A stretch of DNA of 64,000 nt from Flavobacteriales bacterium (GTDB lineage Bacteria > Bacteroidota > Bacteroidia > Flavobacteriales > BACL11), in contig JABGVU010000064.1 of assembly GCA_018645865.1 (NCBI GenBank), forward strand, positions 13,471 through 77,470. The letters run 5' to 3'. A program made the position numbers and the translations under genes. The notes below the pieces were generated by a model, which saw only the letters and a program-made list of their open reading frames with translations, searched no databases and was not told the DNA's origin. This document shows positions 19,720 to 28,839 of this stretch, piece by piece (within the stretch, counting starts at the first letter, position 1; every line of letters starts with the position of its first letter).

Positions 19720-21134
19720 TGAAAAGAATAATCCTCCTCCTATTTTTTCCAACACTTACCTTTTCTCAAGGGGTTACTATTAACCATTTGCTAGGCAATG
19801 TTAATACCTATGGTCCCGAACTTAATTTTGTTCAAATTGATGAGAATACAGCTTATTACACTTCTTCAGCTTTGCCAGAAGATATATATCAGTCCGCTAT
19901 TTTTTCAAGCATGCTTAAGGACGGGAAATGGCAAAAAGGAAAGTATATTAATTTAGGAAATTCGTATTCAACTGCCAATAGTCATTTTCCAAAAAACGAG
20001 TTGGTTTTTTATTTTAGCGTCTGTGATGATCAAGGGAATTGTAAAATTGCACTTAGGAATTATAAAAAGCAAATAACAGAAGAATTAAACAGCAATATAA
20101 ATTTGGTAAACTCAACAAATACTCAACCTCATATTGCAATTCATAATCAGCAAAAAGTGATGTACTTTGTTTCTAACAGAAAAGGTGGTTTTGGCGGAAT
20201 GGATATATGGTTAAGTATAATTAATAAAGATGGAAAGTATGGCATCCCTATTAATGCGGGAGATAAAATTAATTCAGAATTTGATGAGATAACTCCTTTC
20301 TTTAATTCGTTTGAGGAAGTTTTATATTTTTCATCTAACAGAAAAGATGGTGTAGGAGAATTTGATATTTATACTGCAAATGGAAAATTAAATTTGTGGG
20401 ATAAACCGATTAATGCAATGCAACTTAACACTAAGCAAGACGAAATGTACCTTTCTTTTTATACCCAAACAACAGGTTATTTTTCTTCTAATCGTAAAGG
20501 AGCACTATACACTTCCAATGAGTTTTGTTGCAATGATATTTTTTCTTTTGAGATAGAAGAACCTGTGATTGAAGAGCCTGAAAGTATTTCGCCTATTATC
20601 CAATACTTGCCCCTAAAATTATATTTCCATAATGATGAACCTGATTGTTGCACTATGAGTATTACAACTGCTAAAACCTATAAGGATGCTTATATTTCCT
20701 ATTTTAAAATGGAAGGAACATACAATTTATACTCGCCTAACTTAACCAAGTTTTTTGAAGATTCTTTAAAAGGAAACTTCAATAAGCTAAAGCGTATTTT
20801 CTCTCATATTTTAGATGATTTAAAGCTAGGAAAAAAAATACAATTACATGTTAAAGGTTTTTCAAGCCCATTGCATAAAAAGGAATATAATATCAATCTA
20901 TCAAAAAGAAGGATTCAGTCTTTTATAAATTATTTAAGATTCTATGATAATATGTTGTTTTCACCTTTTCTTAATTCTGGGTTTTTACAAATTATTGAGT
21001 TGCCTTTAGGGGAAAGTAAGTCCACAAAAAAAGTAAGCGATAACCCTAATGATAGGCTTAACTCAATATATAGTCTGGACGCAATTTTAGAGCGTAGGAT
21101 TGAAATTATTGATATAAAATTAATAGACGAGTAG
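19719..21134 (+). CDS. PD40 (TolB-like) repeat protein with OmpA-like C-terminal domain
   Basis: Repeated FxSNRKGGxGxxDIW/Y units (three copies) and a C-terminal KGFSSP...NINLSKRRIQSFINYL OmpA-like motif. ATG at 19719 overlaps the PorP/SprF stop (TAATG). Confidence 0.7.
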   Translation: MKRIILLLFFPTLTFSQGVTINHLLGNVNTYGPELNFVQIDENTAYYTSSALPEDIYQSAIFSSMLKDGKWQKGKYINLGNSYSTANSHFPKNELVFYFSVCDDQGNCKIALRNYKKQITEELNSNINLVNSTNTQPHIAIHNQQKVMYFVSNRKGGFGGMDIWLSIINKDGKYGIPINAGDKINSEFDEITPFFNSFEEVLYFSSNRKDGVGEFDIYTANGKLNLWDKPINAMQLNTKQDEMYLSFYTQTTGYFSSNRKGALYTSNEFCCNDIFSFEIEEPVIEEPESISPIIQYLPLKLYFHNDEPDCCTMSITTAKTYKDAYISYFKMEGTYNLYSPNLTKFFEDSLKGNFNKLKRIFSHILDDLKLGKKIQLHVKGFSSPLHKKEYNINLSKRRIQSFINYLRFYDNMLFSPFLNSGFLQIIELPLGESKSTKKVSDNPNDRLNSIYSLDAILERRIEIIDIKLIDE

Positions 21135-21722
21135 TGTGATTAGTTCCACACTTAATCCCACTAAAAATCCTGCATAAACTTGTGCATAATTATGTGCTTT
21201 TTGTTTTATCCTAGCCACCCCAAGCAAACCCGAAAGCAGAATAAACAATAGTAGTAGGTAAAGAAAATCACCATGAATTATTTGTAGCACTATAAAAACA
21301 CCTACCACCCCACCTATACCCAATAAGTGCAAACTTATTTTCCAAAATTTTGAGATGATAGCTGCAAGCAGAACTATAATTATTGCTCCTAATAATTCAG
21401 CTTTTAATATTGGAGTGTAAAAGAGTAAGTTCTGAAGTAAATAGTAGCCAAATGACATCCAGATAACTGTTTTAAAAAGTGGTAATGAGCGCTCTTTATG
21501 GCTGCTCATTTCTAGTGAGCTTACTTTTTCTTTTTGCATAAGCCAAAAAATACTTATTAAAGGCAAAACCATAGTACTAAAAATAAGAATACCATAGATA
21601 AGGAATAGATTATGGCTAAGGGTGAAGGCAAGTGAAGGTAATACAAGTAAAGTTAAGTGTAGAGCTAATAAAGGCATGAAAATTGGGTGCAAAAGGATAG
21701 AAATAAGTTGTGTTAATTTCAT
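21120..21722 (-). CDS. polytopic membrane protein, possibly PAP2-like
   Basis: 200 aa, about 6 TM helices, with weak PAP2-like remnants (ISLH, R-x5-H). 1-nt overlap with the rpoN stop. Function uncertain. Confidence 0.4.
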   Translation of the reverse strand: MKLTQLISILLHPIFMPLLALHLTLLVLPSLAFTLSHNLFLIYGILIFSTMVLPLISIFWLMQKEKVSSLEMSSHKERSLPLFKTVIWMSFGYYLLQNLLFYTPILKAELLGAIIIVLLAAIISKFWKISLHLLGIGGVVGVFIVLQIIHGDFLYLLLLFILLSGLLGVARIKQKAHNYAQVYAGFLVGLSVELITLLVY

Positions 21723-23041
21723 TATAGTTTTCTTCTTAATTTTGCAATCTGAATGTTTAAATTTTCTCGGTATTTTGCTACTGTTCTTCTGGCAATATGA
21801 TAATCATCTTTCCCAAGTAGTTCGGCCAATTTTTCGTCAGTAAAAGGGTTAATTTTATCTTCTGATGCTATTATTTCTTGTAATCTTGTTTTTATTTCTT
21901 TAGTTGAAATGAGTTCCCCATTATCTTTTCTATAGGCTTCTGAAAAAAGTTCTTTCAGTTTAAAAGTACCAAAATGAGTTGCGATATATTTAGAGTTACT
22001 CACTCTTGAAATAGTTGAAATATCCATATTTACGATTTGAGCAATATCGGCTAGTTTCATGGGTTTCAACTCCTTCTCATTTCCAGAAATAAAGTAAGAT
22101 TCTTGTATTCCTAATATAGCAGTAACAACATTTTTTAAGGTATCATTTCTTTTTGCAATTGCATCTTTAAACCAATTTGCCTTTTCTAATTTATCAACTA
22201 AAAATTTCTTGGTAGCTTCATCCTCAGTTTCTTTTAGCATGTTTTGATAGTATGAACTTACCTTTATTGGTTTTATATTACTATTATTTAGTTTCAGCTC
22301 TAGTTTACCATCAGCAATTGCAATGCTAAAATCAGGGTAAACATAAGCGATTCCTTTTGTATTTTTTGAAAACCCATTTCCCGGCATTGGGTTAAGGGAT
22401 TCAATTGTAGAGTATGCTTTTTTAAGAGTATTAAAATCAACCTCAAGGTGTTTGGCTAAATGTTCAAAGTTTTTGTTGCTAAAAGGGATGTAATAATTAC
22501 TAAGAATTTCTTTTTCTATTTCTTTTTCTGGGTGTTTGTGCTTAAGTTGTATCAGTAGGCATTCTTGCAAATTCTTTGCTCCTACTCCAAACGGTTCAAG
22601 CTGCTGAACTATTGCAAGTGCATTATTGAATTGCTGTTCATTAATCTCAAAATTATTACTAATGAGTAAGTCACTTGTTATTGAATGTAAATCTCTGTTT
22701 AAAAACCCATTGTCATCAAGGCTATTAATAAGATAATTGACTAGAAATAACTGGTTTTCGTCAATGTCAAGTGCAATTAATTGCTGACCCAAGTAATCAC
22801 TTAAACTTTCTGATTTATCTTCAATCTGAAATTGAATATCATCACTATTATATTGTTGGAAGCTTCTTTCCGAAAGATTTATTTCTTCTTGCTCCTCTTC
22901 TTCTAGTGCAGGATTTTCTTCTAGTTCTTCTTCAATCCGTTTTTCTAATGCGACAATAGGTATTTGCAAAAGCCCTAAAAATTGTATCTGTTGAGGGCTT
23001 AGGCTCTGATACTGCTTTTGCTGTAACCTTTGTTTGTTCAT
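21722..23041 (-). CDS. rpoN: RNA polymerase sigma-54 factor
   Basis: 439 aa. Gln-rich N-terminus (LQQKQYQSLSPQQIQ), acidic region, C-terminal RpoN box ARRTVAKYRE. Confidence 0.95.
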   Translation of the reverse strand: MNKQRLQQKQYQSLSPQQIQFLGLLQIPIVALEKRIEEELEENPALEEEEQEEINLSERSFQQYNSDDIQFQIEDKSESLSDYLGQQLIALDIDENQLFLVNYLINSLDDNGFLNRDLHSITSDLLISNNFEINEQQFNNALAIVQQLEPFGVGAKNLQECLLIQLKHKHPEKEIEKEILSNYYIPFSNKNFEHLAKHLEVDFNTLKKAYSTIESLNPMPGNGFSKNTKGIAYVYPDFSIAIADGKLELKLNNSNIKPIKVSSYYQNMLKETEDEATKKFLVDKLEKANWFKDAIAKRNDTLKNVVTAILGIQESYFISGNEKELKPMKLADIAQIVNMDISTISRVSNSKYIATHFGTFKLKELFSEAYRKDNGELISTKEIKTRLQEIIASEDKINPFTDEKLAELLGKDDYHIARRTVAKYRENLNIQIAKLRRKL

Positions 23042-23044
23042 CTA

Positions 23045-24478
23045 TTAGAATTCAGCATTTTGTGGTGTTCTGGGGAAAGGAATCACATCTCTGATATTTT
23101 TCATTCCCGTAACAAACATGATTAAGCGTTCGAATCCTAAACCAAAACCACTATGAGTACAGGTGCCAAACTTTCTCGTTTCTAGGTACCACCATAATTC
23201 CTTTTGGCACACATCCATTTCTTCCATTCTCTCTTGAAGTTTGTCTAGTCGCTCTTCTCTTTGCGATCCTCCAACAATCTCTCCTATAGTTGGGAACAGA
23301 ATATCCATTGCTCTAACGGTTTCACCATCCTCATTCATACGCATATAAAAGGCTTTAATTCCTTTAGGGTAATCTGTAATGATAACAGGTTTTTTGTACT
23401 TATTTTCTACTAAATAACGCTCGTGTTCGGATTTCAAATCATCTCCAAAACCATTAATTGGGTATTGGAATTTCTTTTTCTTATTTGGTTTTGAATTTCT
23501 TAAAACATCAATTGCTTCACGATAAGTTAGGCGTACAAAATTATTTTCAATAACAAATTGTAATCTTTCTAATAAGCTCATTTCTGAGCGCTCTTCTTTT
23601 TTTAATTTACTTTCCTCTTCCTCCATTCTGGCATCTAAAAACCGTAAGTCCTCAGCATTGTGTTCAATACAATATTGAATACAATACTTTAAAAATTCTT
23701 CTGCCAAATCTATATTTTCGTTTAAATCAGCAAATGCAACCTCTGGTTCTATCATCCAAAATTCTGATAAATGCCTAGAAGTGTTAGAGTTTTCAGCCCT
23801 AAAGGTTGGCCCGAATGTATATACCTGCCCAAGCGCTAAAGCACCCAATTCAGCTTCTAATTGTCCTGAAACGGTAAGGTTTGTTTTACTCCCAAAAAAA
23901 TCTGCTGAAAAGTCAATTTTCCCTTCTTCATTTTTTGGTAAGTTTTCTAAATCAAGGTTAGTTATCTGAAATATTTCTCCAGCTCCTTCTGCATCAGTAC
24001 CAGTAATAATTGGTGTATGTAAATTGAAAAACCCCTTATCATTAAAGAATTTATGTACCGCAAAAGTTAAAGTATGACGTAACCTAAATACAGCTGAAAA
24101 AGTATTGGTTCTAAATCGTAAGTGAGCTTTTCCTCTTAAAAATTCTAGGCTGTGTTTTTTAGGTTGTAGCGGGTATTCATCAGCACTTCCTAATATTTCA
24201 ATAGTTTTTGCAAGAATTTCAACTGCCTGTCCGCTTCCTTTGGATGACACTAATTTACCATTTACACTTATACAGGAACCTGTGGTAATCTGTTTCACTA
24301 ACTCTTCTTCACAATTAATAGCTTCAGCAACAACCTGAATACTATTTATTGTTGAACCATCATTTAAAGCAATAAAAGAAACATGTTTACTTCCCCTCCT
24401 AGTCCTCACCCAACCTTTAAGATTAATTTTTTGTTCGTTTCCTTCTAATTGAAGAATTTCCTTAATTTTCATACTCAC
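23045..24478 (-). CDS. asnS: asparagine--tRNA ligase
   Basis: 477 aa. OB-fold N-terminus, class II motifs, C-terminal [27 protein letters not shown]. Confidence 0.96.
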   Translation of the reverse strand: MSMKIKEILQLEGNEQKINLKGWVRTRRGSKHVSFIALNDGSTINSIQVVAEAINCEEELVKQITTGSCISVNGKLVSSKGSGQAVEILAKTIEILGSADEYPLQPKKHSLEFLRGKAHLRFRTNTFSAVFRLRHTLTFAVHKFFNDKGFFNLHTPIITGTDAEGAGEIFQITNLDLENLPKNEEGKIDFSADFFGSKTNLTVSGQLEAELGALALGQVYTFGPTFRAENSNTSRHLSEFWMIEPEVAFADLNENIDLAEEFLKYCIQYCIEHNAEDLRFLDARMEEEESKLKKEERSEMSLLERLQFVIENNFVRLTYREAIDVLRNSKPNKKKKFQYPINGFGDDLKSEHERYLVENKYKKPVIITDYPKGIKAFYMRMNEDGETVRAMDILFPTIGEIVGGSQREERLDKLQERMEEMDVCQKELWWYLETRKFGTCTHSGFGLGFERLIMFVTGMKNIRDVIPFPRTPQNAEF

Positions 24479-24497
24479 TTTTTTTCAATATTTTCCT

Positions 24498-26435
24498 CTA
24501 TCCTACTTGATTGATAAGATTTTTTTCTAGAATTTTCTGTACAGAACTTACTATTGCTTTTGTATCATAATGACAATCATGATATAATTCTTCTTGAGTA
24601 CCATGATGAATGAATATGTCAGGAATACCAAGCATTTTTACTTTAGCATGATAATCATTATTTGCCATAAATTCCAAGATAGAACTTCCAAACCCGCCTT
24701 GCAAACAACCGTCTTCAATCGTGATAATTTCATCAAACTTTTGGAAAATACTATGCAATAACTTTTCATCTAACGGTTTTGCAAATCGCAAGTCATAATG
24801 AGCAATATTTAAACCTTCTTTTTCAAATTGTTCTTGGGCTTTAACTACAAAATTTCCAGGATGACCAAAAGATAAAATAGCAATTTCTTCACCTTCCTTT
24901 ACCACTCTACCTGTTCCTATTTTAATTTCTTCAAAATGTGTTTTCCAACTAATCAAAACACCATTCCCTCTCGGGTATCGTATTGAAAAAGGCCCTTGAT
25001 TAGGCAATTGAGCGGTAAACATTAAGTTTCTTAATTCTTTTTCATTCATAGGAGCTGAAACAATCATATTCGGAATGCATCTGAAAAATGCAATATCATA
25101 AGATCCATGATGAGTTGCCCCATCAGCTCCTACCAATCCACCTCTGTCTAAACAAAAAACAACATTTAATTTTTGTAAAGCCACATCATGAATAACTTGA
25201 TCATAAGCTCTTTGCATAAATGAGGAATAGATATTGCAAAAAGGTATTTTCCCTTGCGTTGCCATTCCTGCTGAGAAAGTAACTGCATGCTGTTCGGCTA
25301 TTCCAACATCAAAAGTTCTTTCTGGCATCTCAGCCATCATTTTGCTTAAAGAGGATCCAGAGAGCATGGCTGGACTAACACCTACAATCTGTTTATTTAT
25401 TTTAGCAAGTTCTATTATTGTCTCTCCAAATACATCTTGGTATTTTGGAGGTGTTTCTTTCTTTTCCTTAACTATGAACTCCCCTGTTTCTTTATTAAAA
25501 ATACCTGGAGCATGCCATTTTGTTGAGTTTCCTTTTTCAGCAGGGATGTACCCCTTACCTTTTACTGTTAGGCAGTGTAATATTTTAGGCCCTGGAATAT
25601 CTTTTAAGTCATTTAAAATGCTAACTAAGTGTTTTGGTTCATGCCCGTCAATAGGGCCGAAATACCTGAAATTTAAAGATTCAAAGTAATTACTTTCTCC
25701 TATTAAAGTTGATTTAATTACTTTTTCAACTTTTTTTACTACCCCTTGTGCATTTGGTCCAAATTGACTGATTTTACCTAATATTCTCCAAATTTTATTT
25801 TTGACCTTATTATAAGTTCGTGAAGTAGAAATATCAGTTAAATATTCTTTTAAAGCTCCAACTGCAGGATCAATTGACATACAGTTATCATTCAAAATAA
25901 CCAATAAGTTTAAGTTTTCAGAACCAGCGTGATTTAAAGCCTCAAAAGCGATCCCAGCAGTCATAGATCCATCACCAATTACCGCAATATGTTGCTTGTT
26001 TTTTTCGCAATTAACTTTAGAAGCCATAGCCATTCCAAGTGCTGCAGAAATTGAGGTAGAGGAATGTCCTACTCCAAAAGTATCATAAACACTTTCGCTT
26101 CTTTTTGGGAAACCACTTAACCCGTTATAAATTCTATTTGTTGGGAATTGTTCTTTTCGGCCAGTAAGAATTTTATGACCATAAGCTTGATGTCCAACAT
26201 CCCAAACCAACTGGTCTGAAGGAGTATTAAAAACATAATGCAACGCAACGGTTAATTCAACAACACCCAAACTAGCACCAAAATGCCCCCCTTTTTCTGA
26301 TACAATATCAATAATATATTGCCTTAGTTCGCTGCAAATTTGTTCCAGTTGATTTTCATTTAACTTTCGCAAATCATCTGGACTATTAATGTTACTCAAT
26401 AGTGGACCTTGTGGATATATATTAGTTTTGCTCAT
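24498..26435 (-). CDS. dxs: 1-deoxy-D-xylulose-5-phosphate synthase
   Basis: 645 aa. GGHFGASLGVVEL, TPP-binding GDGSMTAG...NDN, and transketolase-like C-terminal domains. Confidence 0.97.
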   Translation of the reverse strand: MSKTNIYPQGPLLSNINSPDDLRKLNENQLEQICSELRQYIIDIVSEKGGHFGASLGVVELTVALHYVFNTPSDQLVWDVGHQAYGHKILTGRKEQFPTNRIYNGLSGFPKRSESVYDTFGVGHSSTSISAALGMAMASKVNCEKNKQHIAVIGDGSMTAGIAFEALNHAGSENLNLLVILNDNCMSIDPAVGALKEYLTDISTSRTYNKVKNKIWRILGKISQFGPNAQGVVKKVEKVIKSTLIGESNYFESLNFRYFGPIDGHEPKHLVSILNDLKDIPGPKILHCLTVKGKGYIPAEKGNSTKWHAPGIFNKETGEFIVKEKKETPPKYQDVFGETIIELAKINKQIVGVSPAMLSGSSLSKMMAEMPERTFDVGIAEQHAVTFSAGMATQGKIPFCNIYSSFMQRAYDQVIHDVALQKLNVVFCLDRGGLVGADGATHHGSYDIAFFRCIPNMIVSAPMNEKELRNLMFTAQLPNQGPFSIRYPRGNGVLISWKTHFEEIKIGTGRVVKEGEEIAILSFGHPGNFVVKAQEQFEKEGLNIAHYDLRFAKPLDEKLLHSIFQKFDEIITIEDGCLQGGFGSSILEFMANNDYHAKVKMLGIPDIFIHHGTQEELYHDCHYDTKAIVSSVQKILEKNLINQVG

Positions 26436-26446
26436 TTGTATACGTG

Positions 26447-26454
26447 CAAAGATA
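26447..26454 (-). promoter_or_regulatory. -7 box TATCTTTG(C) on the minus strand upstream of dxs
   Basis: Plus-strand caaagata is the reverse complement of TATCTTTG. Lies 11 nt upstream of the dxs start at 26435. Confidence 0.5.
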
Positions 26455-26605
26455 AGGTATTTTAGATTTTTTATGTCAAATAATGAATAAACAACTTATA
26501 TTTAATTGATTATAAGATTTTCGCCAATTTTCTTTAACATAATATAGTTAATAATTGAAATTGATGGCATATAATAGTTGTTGTATTTAATCTCAAGTTT
26601 GTATT

Positions 26606-27946
26606 ATGAAAAGAATTATAATTATTTTTCTAATAACACCCATTTTTGCTTTTGCAAATCAGGATAGTTTATTAAATGTTGATAAAGTTAGCGTCGATAG
26701 TATTACTGAATTATCTGAACACATGGAGTTAAAACAAGAAAAGAGGAATCTCATAAAACAGGAAAATATAATCGCTTGGAGATTACAACAGTTAGACAAA
26801 AACACGCCAATGGATTTGGTATATAATGATAAAGTCCAAGTTTTTATTGATAGTTATTTAGGAAGAAACAAAGCTTTAATTTCCAGAATGAAAGGTTTAA
26901 CTCCGTATTATTTCCCAATGTTTGAGAGGGAGTTAGATCAATATAATTTGCCACTTGAGTTTAAATATTTAGCTATTGTTGAGTCGGCTCTTAATCCTAA
27001 AGCTCGTTCGCGATCTGGCGCTTCTGGATTATGGCAATTCATGTACTTAACAGGAAAACAATATGGCCTAGAAGTGACTTCTTATATGGATGAAAGACAG
27101 GACCCTCTAAAAGCAACTAAATCAGCTTGTGAATATTTTATAAGCCTATATGATACTTTTGGTGATTGGAATTTGGTTTTAGCAGCATATAATGGTGGCC
27201 CAGGTTATTTACAACGAAAAATTGCAAGTGTTGGTTCTTCTAATTTTTGGGAGTTATATCCTCATCTACGAAAAGAGACAAGAAATTATGTGCCTACTTT
27301 CATTGCGGTAAATTACGCAATGCAGTATGCAAATGAACACGATATTACTATTAAAAATTCTAAAATTAATTTTAACGATATTGATACGTTTATTCTTAAG
27401 AAGGAAGTTGAATTAAAGGTATTGAAAGAATTATTATGTATTAATGAACAAACCATAAATTACTTAAATCCAGCTTATAAAAAATCAATTTTTCCTAAGG
27501 GGGCTATATTAACTTTTCCAAGTAATGCTGTGCATGATTTTAAGCTTAATGAAACAGCTAATTATGCTTTTATTGATGCTGTTGAGAATAAGGAAATATT
27601 AATTAATGAAGAGCGCATTGTCTATAAAGTTGATAAAGGCGATTATTTAGGAAGAATTGCAAAAGCACATAATGTACATGTTTATGAGATTAAGGAATGG
27701 AATAAGTTAAAGTCAACTAAATTAGATATAGGTGATAAATTAATTATTTATGTCAATAAAGAAAAGCTTTTAAAAACTGAAAAAAAGATTTCAGGGAATA
27801 ATGAATATATTATTCAAAAAGGTGATACGCTTTGGGATATTGCTCAAAAATATAATGGATTAAGTGTTGGGAAAATTAAAGCTTTAAATAATATGGAAAA
27901 CGATAATTTAAAACCAGGAACTACAATTTTATTACCAACTTCCTGA
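26606..27946 (+). CDS. lytic transglycosylase (SLT domain) with two C-terminal LysM repeats (MltD-like)
   Basis: 446 aa. SLT catalytic region AIVESALNPKARSRSGASGLWQFM. LysM repeats YKVDKGDYLGRIAKAHNV and YIIQKGDTLWDIAQKYNG. Confidence 0.9.
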   Translation: MKRIIIIFLITPIFAFANQDSLLNVDKVSVDSITELSEHMELKQEKRNLIKQENIIAWRLQQLDKNTPMDLVYNDKVQVFIDSYLGRNKALISRMKGLTPYYFPMFERELDQYNLPLEFKYLAIVESALNPKARSRSGASGLWQFMYLTGKQYGLEVTSYMDERQDPLKATKSACEYFISLYDTFGDWNLVLAAYNGGPGYLQRKIASVGSSNFWELYPHLRKETRNYVPTFIAVNYAMQYANEHDITIKNSKINFNDIDTFILKKEVELKVLKELLCINEQTINYLNPAYKKSIFPKGAILTFPSNAVHDFKLNETANYAFIDAVENKEILINEERIVYKVDKGDYLGRIAKAHNVHVYEIKEWNKLKSTKLDIGDKLIIYVNKEKLLKTEKKISGNNEYIIQKGDTLWDIAQKYNGLSVGKIKALNNMENDNLKPGTTILLPTS

Positions 27947-28839
27947 TGAGAAATTTAATTGTCGTTCTATTTGTTTTGAGTGCTTGTTCTGATGGAATAA
28001 AGACTTTGCCTGACTCAACTGGAATTTTGTCAGAAGTTATTTTTGTAGTTGACGATCTACTTTGGGATAATCAAGTTAAAGATATTGCTTTTAGAACTTT
28101 TGGAGTGCCTATTCAGGGCTTAACACAAGACGAATCTTCTTTTAAAGTAATACAAGTAAATCATAGTGAGTTTAAATCTATTTTAAAGACGCATAAGAAT
28201 ATTGTAATTATTGCCAAAAATGTACTCACTAGCAATCAACAGGATAAGTGGGCTAATGGCCAGCTAGTCGTACAGTTGGAATTTAAGGATCAGGATGATA
28301 AATTATCAATAGACTTAAATAAAGTAAAGGCAATTTTTGAGTTTAGGGAAATTAAGATTTTAAGAACTAATATTTCAAAATCATCTCAAAAAAAACAAGA
28401 GAAACATATTAAGAAACAATTTAATATTGAAATTTTAATACCTTCAGAATACACAATTATTAAAGATACAGCAGCTCTATTTTGGGCAATTTATAACCCA
28501 GAAAAACAAGAGGAAATAAAACATTTGTTTGTTTTTTCATTTGAACCAAAAGCGATTAACCTTCAACAAGAAGTATTACAAAAAACAGATAGCATTTTTA
28601 GCAAATATCTACTTGGGGCTAAGCAAGGTCAATATGTGAAAATAGAAGATATGTTTTCTCCTATCTACTCTGAAAATGTTTTTAGAGGATTATGGAAATT
28701 AAATGGAGGCTTTATGGGGGGGGCGTTCCTTCTAAAAACTTATTTTATTAATAAAAAAGTAGTTGTAACAGCGGGTCTTATTTTTGCTCCAAATGAAAGA
28801 AAAAGAAAATATATAAAAACGTTTGAAGCTATTTTATAA
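27946..28839 (+). CDS. lipoprotein, DUF4837-like
   Basis: 297 aa, lipobox LSAC. Start overlaps the MltD-like stop by 1 nt. Family name recalled, not searched. Confidence 0.5.
   Translation: MRNLIVVLFVLSACSDGIKTLPDSTGILSEVIFVVDDLLWDNQVKDIAFRTFGVPIQGLTQDESSFKVIQVNHSEFKSILKTHKNIVIIAKNVLTSNQQDKWANGQLVVQLEFKDQDDKLSIDLNKVKAIFEFREIKILRTNISKSSQKKQEKHIKKQFNIEILIPSEYTIIKDTAALFWAIYNPEKQEEIKHLFVFSFEPKAINLQQEVLQKTDSIFSKYLLGAKQGQYVKIEDMFSPIYSENVFRGLWKLNGGFMGGAFLLKTYFINKKVVVTAGLIFAPNERKRKYIKTFEAIL
28716..28723 (+). repeat. G8 homopolymer inside the DUF4837-like CDS
   Basis: atG GGG GGG Gcg, read directly from the sequence. Confidence 0.95.

Noticed and set aside
25234-25689. 151-aa ORF antisense to dxs. 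Similar antisense ORFs lie at 514-1005 (atpB), 39173-39562 (mnmG), 51188-51529 (hemD-like) and 40653-40958.
   Set aside because: Each lies wholly inside, or straddles, a strongly conserved gene on the other strand. Each has odd composition and no independent signals. They are typical shadow ORFs.
26436-26605. 170-nt dxs/MltD-like divergent spacer, the largest intergenic region, examined for a riboswitch or small RNA.
   Set aside because: It is extremely AT-rich, with no conserved-looking stems or known riboswitch cores. It is best explained as two divergent promoters.
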